From Alphaproteobacteria bacterium (lineage in GTDB: Bacteria > Pseudomonadota > Alphaproteobacteria > Micavibrionales > UBA2020): DNA of 64,000 nt. The stretch spans positions 98,486 through 162,485 of the forward strand of contig JAUXOC010000057.1 in the NCBI GenBank assembly GCA_030682495.1, in the 5' to 3' direction. Shown here one piece after another: positions 11,043 to 22,200 of the stretch (position 1 is the stretch's first letter; the number at the start of each line of letters is the position of its first letter). The notes under the pieces are model-generated. The model saw only the letters and a program-made list of their open reading frames with translations, was not told the origin of the DNA and ran no database searches. Both the position numbers and the translations under genes were made by a program.

Positions 11043-11152
11043 AACCGCTCCATCGCCCCGCCTGAAACGACTTTGCGGGATTGATTTTACCCGCCATCTG
11101 GTTCAGCATGGGACGGCTTTTATATCCCTTTCACGCATACAGGAGGACGGCT

Positions 11153-11608
11153 TTGTCTGCTCAGGAAAACATCGCCTATCTGGAACTCAAAAACGGTCGT
11201 GTCACCGTCGAACTGCGCCCCGATCTGGCCCCCAAACACGTCGAACGCATCAAGGCGTTGATTGAAAGCGGCTTTTATAATGGCCTGAAATTTCACCGGG
11301 TCATTCCGGGCTTTATGGCGCAAACCGGTTGCCCGCAGGGCACCGGCTTCGGCGGTTCGGGGCAAAAAATCACCGCCGAGTTCAGCGATACGCCTTTTGT
11401 ACGTGGCACGCTCGGCATGGCCCGCGCCATGGATCCGAATAGCGGCGACAGCCAGTTTTTTATCACCTTCGGCGAAACCCCGCACCTTGATGGCCAATAT
11501 ACCATCTGGGGCCAAGTGACCGAGGGCATGGAACTTGTCGACGCCCTCGCCGTTGGCGAACCGCCTGCACATCCGGACGAAATCATTTCCTTCACGCTTG
11601 CTGCGTGA
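11153..11608 (+). CDS. ppiB: Peptidyl-prolyl cis-trans isomerase (cyclophilin, cytoplasmic)
   Basis: Cyclophilin core FHRVIPGFMAQTG...GDSQFFI. Start proposed at TTG 11153, 6 nt after AGGAGG. No signal peptide. Confidence 0.85.
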   Translation: MSAQENIAYLELKNGRVTVELRPDLAPKHVERIKALIESGFYNGLKFHRVIPGFMAQTGCPQGTGFGGSGQKITAEFSDTPFVRGTLGMARAMDPNSGDSQFFITFGETPHLDGQYTIWGQVTEGMELVDALAVGEPPAHPDEIISFTLAA

Positions 11609-11650
11609 CTGTAACCAACGCACCGCCACAACACGTTTACGAGGAATATC

Positions 11651-12217
11651 ATGAAAAAACAACTTCTTGGCCTTTTTTCCGCCCTGCTGCTGGGCTTAAC
11701 CTTCGCCATCGGCGATGCCCGCGCGCAGGATCTTGAAAACACGCTTTACATGGATCTGGCCACCGGCCGCGTTATTATCGAGCTGCGCCCCGATCTCGCT
11801 CCCAAACATGTCGAACGCGTGAAGGAACTGACCCGTCAGGGCTTTTACAACGGTCTGAAATTCCACCGCGTTATTCCGGGTTTCATGGCGCAAACCGGCG
11901 ACCCGCGCGGTGACGGTACGGGCGGTTCAGGCAAAAACGTTGCCGCTGAATTTTCTTCCGAGCCTTTTGTTCGCGGCACCATCGGCGCAGCACGTACCAG
12001 CGACCCGAACAGTGCCGACAGCCAGTTCTTCATCAACTTTGCCGAAACCCCGCATCTGAACGGCCAATATACCGTCTGGGGCAAGGTGACCTCTGGTATG
12101 AATCTGGTGGACGGTATCGCCAAAGGCGAGCCGCCGGCCAACCCCGACAAGATCATTAAAATGACCGTGGCCGCCGACGAAACGTCGAAAGCCCCCGTAG
12201 AGAGTGCCTCAGAATAA
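11651..12217 (+). CDS. ppiA: Peptidyl-prolyl cis-trans isomerase (cyclophilin, periplasmic)
   Basis: Paralogue of the preceding gene, with signal peptide MKKQLLGLFSALLLGLTFAIGDARA. Confidence 0.85.
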   Translation: MKKQLLGLFSALLLGLTFAIGDARAQDLENTLYMDLATGRVIIELRPDLAPKHVERVKELTRQGFYNGLKFHRVIPGFMAQTGDPRGDGTGGSGKNVAAEFSSEPFVRGTIGAARTSDPNSADSQFFINFAETPHLNGQYTVWGKVTSGMNLVDGIAKGEPPANPDKIIKMTVAADETSKAPVESASE

Positions 12218-12251
12218 GCACACTTACGGGTCATCCCCGCTCTTTGCCAAA

Positions 12252-12294
12252 CCCCCTCAAGATGCTATGTTATGAAGCTCTTGAGGGGGTTTTT
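12252..12294 (+). terminator. Rho-independent terminator after ppiA
   Basis: 11-bp stem CCCCCTCAAGA/TCTTGAGGGGG followed by TTTTT. Confidence 0.7.
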
Positions 12295-12349
12295 CTATGC
12301 CCGCCGCCCTAGGCGCGAGACCTCCTCCGAACCAAAGCCAGAGGACGAT

Positions 12350-13099
12350 ATGAAAATTCTTGTGCCCATCAAGCGCGTTGTCGACTATAACGTCAAGATA
12401 CGCGTGAAAAGCGACCAAAGCGGGGTCGAGCTTGCCAATGTCAAAATGTCGATGAACCCCTTTTGCGAAATCGCGATTGAAGAGGCCGTACGGCTGAAAG
12501 AAAAAGGCATCGCCACAGAAATCGTCGCCGTATCGATCGGCCCTATGCAGGCACAGGAAACGCTGCGCACGGCCCTCGCCATGGGCGCGGACAAGGCGAT
12601 ACTGGTGCAGACCGATGCCGCGCCCGAGCCGCTGGCCATCGCCAAAATCCTGCAAAAGCTGGTGGCGCAGGAAACGCCGCAGCTGGTTATTCTTGGCAAA
12701 CAATCCATCGACGGCGACAACAACCAGACGGGGCAGATGCTCTCCGCCCTGCTCGGCTGGGGTCAGGCGACCTTTGCATCCAAAGTCGAAAAAGACGGCG
12801 AGGAGCTCAAAGTCACGCGCGAAATCGACGGCGGGCTTGAAACCCTCTCGGTCAAGCTGCCCGCCATCGTCACCACCGACCTGCGCCTGAACGAGCCGCG
12901 CTATGCCTCGCTGCCCAATATCATGAAGGCGAAGCAAAAGCCGCTGACGACCGTGACCCCCGCCGACCTTGGCGTCGATATCACAGCGCGCATCACCGTC
13001 CTCAAAGTATCCGAACCACCGGTGCGCAAATCCGGCATCAAAGTCAAAGACGTCGCCGAACTGGTCGACAAACTCAAAAACGAAGCAAAGGTGATCTGA
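12350..13099 (+). CDS. etfB: Electron transfer flavoprotein beta subunit
   Basis: [19 protein letters not shown] start typical of EtfB. Start moved to ATG 12350. Confidence 0.9.
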   Translation: MKILVPIKRVVDYNVKIRVKSDQSGVELANVKMSMNPFCEIAIEEAVRLKEKGIATEIVAVSIGPMQAQETLRTALAMGADKAILVQTDAAPEPLAIAKILQKLVAQETPQLVILGKQSIDGDNNQTGQMLSALLGWGQATFASKVEKDGEELKVTREIDGGLETLSVKLPAIVTTDLRLNEPRYASLPNIMKAKQKPLTTVTPADLGVDITARITVLKVSEPPVRKSGIKVKDVAELVDKLKNEAKVI

Positions 13100-13100
13100 C

Positions 13101-14033
13101 ATGGCCTCCGTTCTTCTTATCGCCGAACATGACCATCAGAGCATCAAGCCCGCCACGCTCTGCGCCGTCGCGGCGGCGCAAAAACTGGGCGAGGTGGATA
13201 TTCTGGTCGCCGGCCACAACTGCGCAGCCGCCGCCGCGGCCGCTGCGAAAGTCACCGGCATCCGCAAGGTTCTTTGCGCCGATGATGCCGCCTATGCGCA
13301 CCAGATGGCAGAGAATACCGCCGCGCTGGTCGTCAAATCCGCGGCCGGATACGACTATATTCTCGCCCCCGCGACCACGACCGGCAAAAACATGCTGCCG
13401 CGCGTGGGCGCGCTGCTCGACGTGCAGCCGCTTTCTGACGTCAGCGGAATCGAAAGCGCCGATGCTTTCGTGCGCCCCGTTTATGCGGGCAATGCCTTCG
13501 CCACTGTCAAATCGGCAGACACGGTGAAGATCATGACCATTCGCACCACCGCCTTCGACGCCGTAGCGGCAGAGGGCGGCAGTGCCGCCGTGGAAAACAT
13601 CGCAGGCGCAGGCGACAGCGGCCTTACCACCTTCGCGGGACAGGAATTGACCAAGTCCGAACGTCCGGAGCTGACCGCCGCACGCATCGTCGTCTCCGGC
13701 GGGCGCGGCATGGGCAATGGCGAGAATTTCAAGCTGATCGAAGCTGTGGCCGACAAGCTAAACGCTGCCGTGGGCGCCTCGCGCGCGGCCGTAGACGCCG
13801 GTTTTGTGCCAAACGACTATCAGGTCGGCCAGACCGGCAAAGTCGTCGCGCCCGAACTTTATATCGCCGTCGGTATTTCCGGCGCGATACAGCATCTGGC
13901 GGGGATGAAAGATTCCAAAGTCATCGTCGCCATCAACACGGACGGCGAAGCACCCATCTTCCAGATCGCCGATTACGGTCTGGTACAGGATCTCTTCACT
14001 GCCCTGCCAGAGCTGGAAAAGGCGCTGGGTTAA
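13101..14033 (+). CDS. etfA: Electron transfer flavoprotein alpha subunit
   Basis: 310 aa with the C-terminal FAD-binding block [19 protein letters not shown]. Begins 1 nt after etfB. Confidence 0.9.
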   Translation: MASVLLIAEHDHQSIKPATLCAVAAAQKLGEVDILVAGHNCAAAAAAAAKVTGIRKVLCADDAAYAHQMAENTAALVVKSAAGYDYILAPATTTGKNMLPRVGALLDVQPLSDVSGIESADAFVRPVYAGNAFATVKSADTVKIMTIRTTAFDAVAAEGGSAAVENIAGAGDSGLTTFAGQELTKSERPELTAARIVVSGGRGMGNGENFKLIEAVADKLNAAVGASRAAVDAGFVPNDYQVGQTGKVVAPELYIAVGISGAIQHLAGMKDSKVIVAINTDGEAPIFQIADYGLVQDLFTALPELEKALG

Positions 14034-14050
14034 CAAAGCCCGCCACAACA

Positions 14051-14082
14051 AAAAAGCCCTCGCACAGACGGGGGCTTTTTTG
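14051..14082. terminator. Bidirectional terminator between etfA and the T1SS operon
   Basis: AAAAAGCCC / GGGCTTTTT stem flanked by A and T runs, between convergent genes. Confidence 0.65.
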
Positions 14083-14100
14083 TTGCAGATCGCACGATCT

Positions 14101-15504
14101 CTATCTTTCCCGCAGGGCGGTTTGCGAGGCCTTGATGAAGGGCTTGAGCAGGTATTGCATGATGGTTTTTTCGCCCGTAATCACATCGACGGTGGCCTGC
14201 ATACCCGATTTAATTTCGTATTCCTTGTTGCCCTTGCGCAGCGTCGAGGCGTCAGTTGTTACGCGGATACGGTAAAAGCTTTCGCCCTTATCATTGGTGA
14301 AGCTGTCCGCGCCGATATCCGTGACGACGCCATTCATCGCGCCATAAACCGAGAAGTCGTAAGACGACAAGCGCACCACAGCCTTTTGCCCAACACCGAT
14401 AAAGGCGATATCAGAGGGTTTAATCCGACCTTCCACGACCAGCACGTCGTCAACCGGCACAATTTCCATGATCGGCTCGCCTGCGCGCGCAACGCCACCG
14501 ACGGTGGAGATTTTAATATCCTTGATAATACCCGTCATCGGCGCACGGATTTCGCTGCGCTCGGTGCGGTCTTTATGCGCGCTGAGGGTTTCACGCACAG
14601 TGTTCATTTCGATGGTTTTCTCGGCCAGTTCACGCTGGGCGTTGGCGCGGAACCCGCTTTTCAGCTCGTTGATACGCTCGTCCGCTTCTTTGACTGCCGT
14701 TTGCGAACGCGGCAGCGCAAGGCGCAGACCGTTCAGCTCGGCGCGCTGCTGGGCAATCTGGCGGTCGAGCTGTAAAAGCTCCATCTTGTTCGCCGCACCG
14801 CGCTCCACCATCGGCGCCACCATGGCGCGTTCTTCCTGCGACAGGGTCAGCACGCTGGCAATGTCAGAGATGCGGCGCTGAAGCTCGGTCACCTCCTGTG
14901 AACGCTGCGAACGCTGCTGCTCCAGAACGCCCAACTGGCCTTCCCGCTGTCTGCGGTTCGCATTATAGGCATCACGCTCGGCACGGATGGAATCCGGCAC
15001 CAGACGCGTTACCTCTTCAGGGAATTCCAGCGGCTTGTCATCGGCTTCGGCCTGCAACCGCGTCACGGTGGCCAAGATACCAAAGTATTTCTGCTGGCTT
15101 GAGGAGAGGTCTGATTTGAACTGCTCGTTGCGCAGGATCAGGACGACCTGACCTTTTTCAACGCGCTCGCCCGTTTTGACAGGGAAGGATTCGATGATGC
15201 CTCCCTCAAGGCTCTGGATCACCTGAATTTCGGACGACGGAATGACTTGCCCGTCGCCGCGCGAAACTTCCTCCAGCGTCGCCAAATTCCCCCAGAGAAT
15301 GAAAATAACCAGAAGCCCCGTGATGAAATACAGCAGTAGATGGTTGCCCCACGCAATACCATCGGCGGGCGAGAAATCGTCGTCGTATTTACGTGTCAGA
15401 TCGAATTGGCGCAGATCAAAGGCATCGTATTCGGTTGCACGGCCATCACCGGCGGTTTTTTTCGGATTTGGCGTCTTGCTGTCGGGCGTTTTGTCGTCGG
15501 TCAT
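14101..15504 (-). CDS. HlyD-family type I secretion membrane-fusion protein
   Basis: 467 aa with one N-terminal TM, a long coiled-coil and a C-terminal beta-barrel region. 4-nt overlap with the upstream ABC gene. Confidence 0.9.
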   Translation of the reverse strand: MTDDKTPDSKTPNPKKTAGDGRATEYDAFDLRQFDLTRKYDDDFSPADGIAWGNHLLLYFITGLLVIFILWGNLATLEEVSRGDGQVIPSSEIQVIQSLEGGIIESFPVKTGERVEKGQVVLILRNEQFKSDLSSSQQKYFGILATVTRLQAEADDKPLEFPEEVTRLVPDSIRAERDAYNANRRQREGQLGVLEQQRSQRSQEVTELQRRISDIASVLTLSQEERAMVAPMVERGAANKMELLQLDRQIAQQRAELNGLRLALPRSQTAVKEADERINELKSGFRANAQRELAEKTIEMNTVRETLSAHKDRTERSEIRAPMTGIIKDIKISTVGGVARAGEPIMEIVPVDDVLVVEGRIKPSDIAFIGVGQKAVVRLSSYDFSVYGAMNGVVTDIGADSFTNDKGESFYRIRVTTDASTLRKGNKEYEIKSGMQATVDVITGEKTIMQYLLKPFIKASQTALRER

Positions 15505-17756
15505 TCCGTGCCCCCTTGCCCCTTGAAGGTGCCGGATTGCAGCTTGGCAATCACCTCGTCGCGCGGACCCGCGGTCACAATACGGCCGCGGTCCATCAGG
15601 ATCAGCTTGTCGACCAGCCCTAAAACCGCGCTTTTGTGCGTGACCAGAAGGATCGTCTTTCCTTTAATCAGCTCCTTCAAATGGCCATAGAGACGGCGCT
15701 CGGAACCGGGGTCGATGGAGGCCGTCGGCTCGTCGAGCAGCAAAATCGGCGGGTTGTACAAAAGCGCGCGCGCAATCGCAATCGCCTGACGCTGGCCGCC
15801 CGAGAGATTCTCGCCACGTTCGCCGACCTGCGTATCAAGACCGGCTTCGGAATCGCGCAGGAAGTTCATGACGCCGGCCATTTCGGCAGCGCGCAGTACG
15901 GCGGCATCAGGAACGGATTCATGCCCCAGCGTAATATTTTCGCGCACCGAGCCAAAGAACAGATACGGCGTCTGCTGCACCACGCCGATGTTACGGCGCA
16001 GATCCGCCGGATCAATCTGGCGCACATCGACGCCATCCACCTGCACGGAGCCGCTTTCGGGCTGATACAGGTTGAGGATCAAACGTTCGATCGTCGTCTT
16101 GCCGGAACCGACCGCGCCGATAATACCCACATGCTCGCCCGGCTGTACCGAAAAATTGATCGTATTGAGCGCAGGCGTTTTTTGCCCCGGGTAACGGAAG
16201 ACGGCATCGCGAAAATCGATTTTTCCTTTCATGACCGGCATCGAAATAAACGTCTGGCCGGCTGGCCGTTCGACCGGCGCGCGCATCAACTCGTTGAGCC
16301 GCACCAGCGATTCTTTGGACTGGCTGAATTTAGTCAGGATTGCCGCCACAGAGGCCAGCGGCGCCATCGCACGGCCCGACAGAATGACGGAGGCGACAAG
16401 CGCACCCATCGTGATATGCCCGTCAGCAATCAGATAGGCGCCATAAACGACCATGCCCACCGAGCAAAGCCCCGCCGCCGTACCCGCCACGTTCAGGCCA
16501 AAAGATGAAATCGCCCGTGCCTTGACGTGGGTGCGTGATGTGATTTCGTTCAGTTCTTCCCATTTGCGCTGCATATGGCCTTCGGCCGCCTGCGCCTTGA
16601 TGGTTTCAAGTCCGCTGAGGGTTTCAAAGATAAGAGAGCTTTTATACGCACCCTCGCGCATCGATTCCTTGACGACTTTGTCGAGCGGCCGTTGCAGCGA
16701 AATGCCGACCGCCAGAACCAGCGGCACCAGTACGGCGGGCACAATCGCCACCGGTCCCGCGATGACCCAGATCAAAAGAATGAAAAGGATAATGAACGGA
16801 AAGTCGATGACAGCGATGATCGTCGCAGAGGTAAAAAAATCGCGCAGCGTTTCAAATTCTTTGAGGTTGGAGGCATGCACGCCGACGCTCGGGGGGCGGG
16901 ACGCCATTTTCATGGCCAGCATCTGTTCGAAAATACGCGCGGCGATCAGGTTGTCGGCCTTGCGCCCCGCCGTATCGACAAAGTGCGCACGCAGGAGCTT
17001 CAACAGGAAGTCAAAGATATAGGCAACAATTACGCCAAAGGCGAGCACCCAGAGCGTCGGAAAGGCGCTGTTGGGAATGACGCGGTCGTAGACGTTCATC
17101 GTGAACAGCGGACTTGCGATGGCGAGCAGGTTGATAACCACAGCGGCCAGCATAACCTCATAGTAAATCTTTTTGTGCCGCCAGATCGCGCCCCAAAACC
17201 AGTCGCGGGTGGTTTCGATTTGCGCCGGCCCCGCGCGGCTGTCGAGGTTCGCCGTGGGGCGTACAAAAAACGCATAGCTGCCGTAGCGCATCTGCAAATC
17301 GGCGAGAGAAATTTCAATCGTCACATCCGGCGTTTCGGGAAAAATCAGCAGCGCGCCTTTTTTGCCGCGGCCGGAGAGGATGCAGACCTGATTGTTTTTC
17401 AAAACAACAATGCAGGGCAAGTTCGGGCTGACGATAAGGTCTTTCAGCGGGCGGCGCACCATACGTGCCGTCATGCCCACGCGGTCGGCAGCGCGCACAA
17501 AGGCGGCAGGCGAAGCCATTTCCTGACCATGTACCGGCAGACCCGCCGACAAGGCCGCGGCCGTCGCGCGACGGCCATAGGTACCGGCAAGGATCGCGAG
17601 ACATTCGAGCAAAGGATCATCCAGCGACAGGCGTTCGGCTTCGAGCGGCCAGTTGCTGCTCTCGGCAGATGCGTCACCGGCGGCGGCGGGCTTGGTGCCC
17701 GCATCCGCCGCCGGATGGAAGTCTTTTTTGATATGAAGTTCGCTATCGGAAACCAA
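15501..17756 (-). CDS. Type I secretion ABC transporter (permease/ATPase) with N-terminal C39-like domain
   Basis: 751 aa with Walker A GAVGSGKTT, ABC signature LSGGQRQAIAIARALL, Walker B ILLLDEPTAS and six TM helices. The N-terminal ~150 aa resemble a peptidase-C39-like domain. Confidence 0.9.
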   Translation of the reverse strand: MVSDSELHIKKDFHPAADAGTKPAAAGDASAESSNWPLEAERLSLDDPLLECLAILAGTYGRRATAAALSAGLPVHGQEMASPAAFVRAADRVGMTARMVRRPLKDLIVSPNLPCIVVLKNNQVCILSGRGKKGALLIFPETPDVTIEISLADLQMRYGSYAFFVRPTANLDSRAGPAQIETTRDWFWGAIWRHKKIYYEVMLAAVVINLLAIASPLFTMNVYDRVIPNSAFPTLWVLAFGVIVAYIFDFLLKLLRAHFVDTAGRKADNLIAARIFEQMLAMKMASRPPSVGVHASNLKEFETLRDFFTSATIIAVIDFPFIILFILLIWVIAGPVAIVPAVLVPLVLAVGISLQRPLDKVVKESMREGAYKSSLIFETLSGLETIKAQAAEGHMQRKWEELNEITSRTHVKARAISSFGLNVAGTAAGLCSVGMVVYGAYLIADGHITMGALVASVILSGRAMAPLASVAAILTKFSQSKESLVRLNELMRAPVERPAGQTFISMPVMKGKIDFRDAVFRYPGQKTPALNTINFSVQPGEHVGIIGAVGSGKTTIERLILNLYQPESGSVQVDGVDVRQIDPADLRRNIGVVQQTPYLFFGSVRENITLGHESVPDAAVLRAAEMAGVMNFLRDSEAGLDTQVGERGENLSGGQRQAIAIARALLYNPPILLLDEPTASIDPGSERRLYGHLKELIKGKTILLVTHKSAVLGLVDKLILMDRGRIVTAGPRDEVIAKLQSGTFKGQGGTE

Positions 17757-17791
17757 GGCGCGCCCGCTTCCCCCGCATCAGGCGCGGATGG

Positions 17792-19120
17792 TTATTTCAT
17801 GTCCACTTTGGCTTCACGGGGCTTTGCAACACCCAGCGTGTTCAGCAGCTGGCCTTCCAGCGCAAGAACGCGGAAGACTGCAAACATTTCGGTGTAAAGC
17901 GCATTCACATGGCTGGAGCGCGAAACGAAAAGCTCGTTCTGCGAGTCAAGCACGTCCAGCAAGGTACGGCGGTCAAGGCTGAACTGATCGAGATAGACGC
18001 TGACGACTTTCTCGTTCGCAGCGGCCTGATCGAGGAACTGCTGTGCACGTTCGGCCGAAGCAATCATGCCCGCCCAGGTGTCACGTACATTTTTCTCGAC
18101 GCCGCGTGCGGCTTCGGCACGGCGCTCTTTTGCGACGGCGTGGCGATACATGAATTCACGTTGGCGCGCCTGATCGGCACCGCCGCGGTAGAGATTCCAG
18201 CGCATGACAGCCAGAAGAGACTGGCGGTTTTCGCTGCCCTCGATACCATCAAGGTCGCGGCCGACAGAGGCATTGGCCTGAAGTTCGACTTTAGGATACA
18301 GCGTAGAGCCGGAGCCTTCGAATTCAGCCTCGGCCACTTTAATGTCGGATTCAAAAATCGCCAGCGTCGGGCTGTTGGTCACAGCACGGCGCACGGCATC
18401 TTCCACGCTCGGCGGCAGTTTTTCGCGCGGAATATCGGGAAAAGCCATGCTGCCCGGCGTGTCGCCGACTTTCTGGATGAACAGAGCCTCAGCTTCGCGC
18501 AGTGCCTGCTCGGTCGAGCTGGAGGTTGCACGTGCCTGCGCCTGACGGGCAAGTGCTTGCGACACGTCGCCTTCGGTCACAGTGCCGGCTGCAGCGCCGG
18601 TGCGAATGGTTTCAAGAATTTTGATGTGGTCTTCGACGTTCGCGCGGGCAATCGCCAGAAGGTCACGTTGGCGCAGAACTTCGAGATAGGCCTCGACGAT
18701 ATCCAGGCCGACGAATTCGGCAACTTCGCCAACGCGGTTCGATGTCGATTCAACGCGCGCTTTCTGACGTTTGATTTCGCTGTTCACGCCATTGCCGTCG
18801 AAGAGCAGCTGCGTCAGGGTCAGGGACGCGCGGTTACGCCAGAGGCTTTCATCTTCGATGGTGGGTGTATCGGTGCGTTCATATCCGGTTTCACCAAGAA
18901 AATCGACGGAGGGCATCCACAGCGCTTTTGCCTGCGACAATTCTTCGCGCGTGGCGAGGCTGTCATTGGCGACAACACCATAGAACGGGTTGGTCAAAAC
19001 CCCTTTGCTCACGGCATCTTGCAGCGTCAGGTTATTATCCTGACCCGATGCAACAGCAACTGTTGCGAGAGACATGCTCAGCAAAGATGCCGCGCAGAAC
19101 AAAACGAATTTGTTTTTCAT
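17792..19120 (-). CDS. TolC-family type I secretion outer-membrane protein
   Basis: 442 aa with a signal peptide and the duplicated helical/beta pattern typical of TolC. Sits in the operon with the ABC and MFP genes. Confidence 0.9.
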   Translation of the reverse strand: MKNKFVLFCAASLLSMSLATVAVASGQDNNLTLQDAVSKGVLTNPFYGVVANDSLATREELSQAKALWMPSVDFLGETGYERTDTPTIEDESLWRNRASLTLTQLLFDGNGVNSEIKRQKARVESTSNRVGEVAEFVGLDIVEAYLEVLRQRDLLAIARANVEDHIKILETIRTGAAAGTVTEGDVSQALARQAQARATSSSTEQALREAEALFIQKVGDTPGSMAFPDIPREKLPPSVEDAVRRAVTNSPTLAIFESDIKVAEAEFEGSGSTLYPKVELQANASVGRDLDGIEGSENRQSLLAVMRWNLYRGGADQARQREFMYRHAVAKERRAEAARGVEKNVRDTWAGMIASAERAQQFLDQAAANEKVVSVYLDQFSLDRRTLLDVLDSQNELFVSRSSHVNALYTEMFAVFRVLALEGQLLNTLGVAKPREAKVDMK

Positions 19121-19166
19121 TTCAGACCCTTTATTTCATCCGTATCGATTTAAGGTTTTCATAGCA

Positions 19167-19199
19167 ATGGGGCTGCGGTATTGAAAACCGCAGCCCCAT
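19167..19199 (-). promoter_or_regulatory. Perfect 13-bp stem-loop between adhesin gene and tolC
   Basis: ATGGGGCTGCGGT-ATTGAAA-ACCGCAGCCCCAT, with no clear U-tract after it. Confidence 0.5.
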
Positions 19200-19219
19200 G
19201 CTTACAACATTATAGTAGC

Positions 19220-22200
19220 CTAAGCAATCAAATTGCCGTTTGTTGTCAAGGCATCAAGATCGACCGAGACACCTTCCAGAATAGCGATAGTCTGGAAATT
19301 ACCGCCGCCGGTCGCATCGACCTGAACGATGGTATTGCCACCCGATTGGCTCACATTGACATAATCGCTCAATGCATTGGTCAAGGGGTCAAAGCCGGCA
19401 AGGATATTGCTAATATCGAGCACGTCACCCTCGGCGAGGCTGAAGTCCTTGATGGTATCGACGCCTGCATCGCCAGCCTTGAACATGAAGGTGTCTGCGC
19501 CACTGCCGCCCCAGAGCATATCGTCCCCAGCACCGCCATAGAGCGCATCGTTACCTTCCTGACCGAACAGCCAGTCGTTACCGCTGCCGCCTTCGAGGTA
19601 ATCGTTACCGCCGCTGCGGGTGCTGCCGCCGCTGCCGACCGATTCCTGCGCTAGCTCTTCGGCATTATTACGGATATAGAGAAGAGTATCGGCACGGCTC
19701 CAGCTCGGGTTGGCCGCGCTTTCACCAGCTTCGAGCTTGGCAAAAACATCCCAGCCGCTGCCCGGCAAGGTCGAAAGACCTTGCGCCAGCGCCAGCACAT
19801 CGGTATTGACCGCATCGCCGAAGATGATGTCGTTACCGTCACCGCCCACCAGCTTGTCGTCGCCGACACTGCTCAGTTGGTTCAGCGGGCTTGCACCCAG
19901 CAGCGCCTGTGACAGATCGGCAGGGTCGGTGATGTTCAAAGAGATGCCATTGCTGTCAATCTCGTTGATGTTCGCGATTTTGCTGCCGATGCTGATGCCG
20001 ACACCGATGACTTCGGTGCTGAGCGATTTCAGCGTTGCAATCTCGTTGGTGCCGTCGGTGCCGCGGATCTGGTTCATCGACTCGGTTTCATTGCCCGATC
20101 CGGTGGTCCCGTTGTTGTTGACATAGCGGTTCGGCTCGCCATCCGAGACAAAGTAGGTATAGGTCTCGGCGCCGGCAATCGGTTGCGATCCGCTCAGCCA
20201 GTTGATTGCTGCCTGCAAGGACGATTCATAGTTTGTGTAACCGCCCGAATTGCTCATGCCGTTCACGAAGTTGACAGCGGCATTAAAGCCCGCATCATCG
20301 GTCAACGTAAACGTACCCGACGTCAGCGCAGTCGTTGCAAAGGGCACAATGTGAACCTTCACGGTACCGCCCTGATAGTCGTTAAAATCGGCCATCAGGT
20401 TTTTGACCGCTTTCATCAGCAGCGAGTATTTCGAGTTTGGATCCGTTTTGGAGCCCATCGAGCCGCTGATATCGAGAACGAGGACAATATTATAGTCCTT
20501 GTTCTGCGCAATCTGCGAAGCACCGCCCACGTCGCCGATCAGGATATCCCCTGCGCCGCCGCCGTTGATTGTGCCCGTGCCCGTGCCGACTTCGTAGGAC
20601 GTGGTCGAACCGTCTGTATCGCTGGTGTTTTTGCCTACGATCAGAACAGGCTTCAGACCATCCAGGAACAGCTTGGCCGTGCTGGAATCGCCGTCACCGT
20701 CGGTGAGGGTATAGGTGAAGACATCCTTGATCTCGCCTTCCGGAAGCGGCTGCGCGGCAATCGTCGAGGTCAGCTTGACGCTGTCGGCGCCAGTCGGACC
20801 CGCGCTGGTCGCGCGGATACCCACAAGGCCGCCCTCGATATCGTTCATCGTCAGGCCATTAATGCTGAAGGTCGCCTGAGTCACGATACCATCGCCTGCT
20901 CCGGCCTCGCCCAGCAGGATGCCGTAATCGAAGCCGTTTGACGGGTTCATGTTAATGCCGCCGTCGATGCTGAAGATAGAGCCGCCGTCAGCGCCGACAT
21001 CAAGGAAGAAGCCGTTCAGATCAGCATTGCCGCTGACCAGCTTCACCGTAAAGTCGATGCCGGACGCAGTTTGCACCGCATATACCTCAACAACAACGCC
21101 CGTTGCCGCGTTCTGCAGTGTGGCGACAGGTTCCGTTGTGCTCCCCGTATTCGGGAACAGCGTATAGGTGTAAGAGCCGTCAGAGAAGATTTTCAGCGTA
21201 CCATAGTCGCCATCAATCGTCGTGAAGCCACCGGTCGGCACATTAACCGTTGTGCTGCCGAAAGCCACTTTGGTGACGCTGTTGACGTCATCCTGGCTGA
21301 GGCTATCCGCCGCACCAGCACCGCCATTAAGGCCTGTGACCACGTTGCCGGACGCACCGCCCGACTCTATGTCGAAGCTGTTTCTGTCGTCATAGGCTGT
21401 CACGCCGTCATCCAGCACCTTGATGCCGATCACGGTTGCAGCCGTGTCACCGTCGTTATCCGTTGCAGTGACACCGAATTGCAGGTTGATCGCATCGTTC
21501 GGGTTGTTTTTATCGGCATGGTCGAGCGTGCCGATCAGGTTGAACTGATACTGGCCGTTCGGCTGGATGCTGAGCGTGAAGATCGTCTCGCCGCCTGCCG
21601 TACCGGTGTAGGTATTGCCGCTGAGCGTCACGGAAACAGGACGTCCTTCGGACGTCAGCGTACCGCCTGCGACCGAGCCGCCGACCGTAAACGTATCCGC
21701 GCCTGTTGCGCTGAAGCTGCCGGGTCCATCACGGAAGAAGTCCGCCTGCACCGCACCGGATGTCGTGACTGTGCCGCTGGCAAGATTCGTCTCGTCCACC
21801 GTTTTGATCGAGGGCGTGACAATGACCGGCGTATCGTTGGGCACAATGCCTTTCAGATACAGATAGGCCAGGCTGCTATCGCCGTCGCCGTCTTGCAGAA
21901 CATAGGTGAACTGATCGGTCGGGCAATCGCCGGGCTGCACAACTTTGTTGATAACGAGGTCGAAGATGAAATCTTCGTAGTCGATATCGCCAAGGTTCGG
22001 CAGATCTTCAAAGCTGATGCGCAGCGTATCGGTACTGCCGTCTGTCGGCGCACCCGAAAGCGTGTGCACTTTGCCATCAGGGTTAAGTCCTGCACCTTCG
22101 CCGCGCGGTGTCGTGTGATACACGGGGCCGCTGAGCGTGGTAACCGTGCCATCCTGCGCGGTGAAGACCAGCGATACATCTGCTGCACTATCGGTGATTT

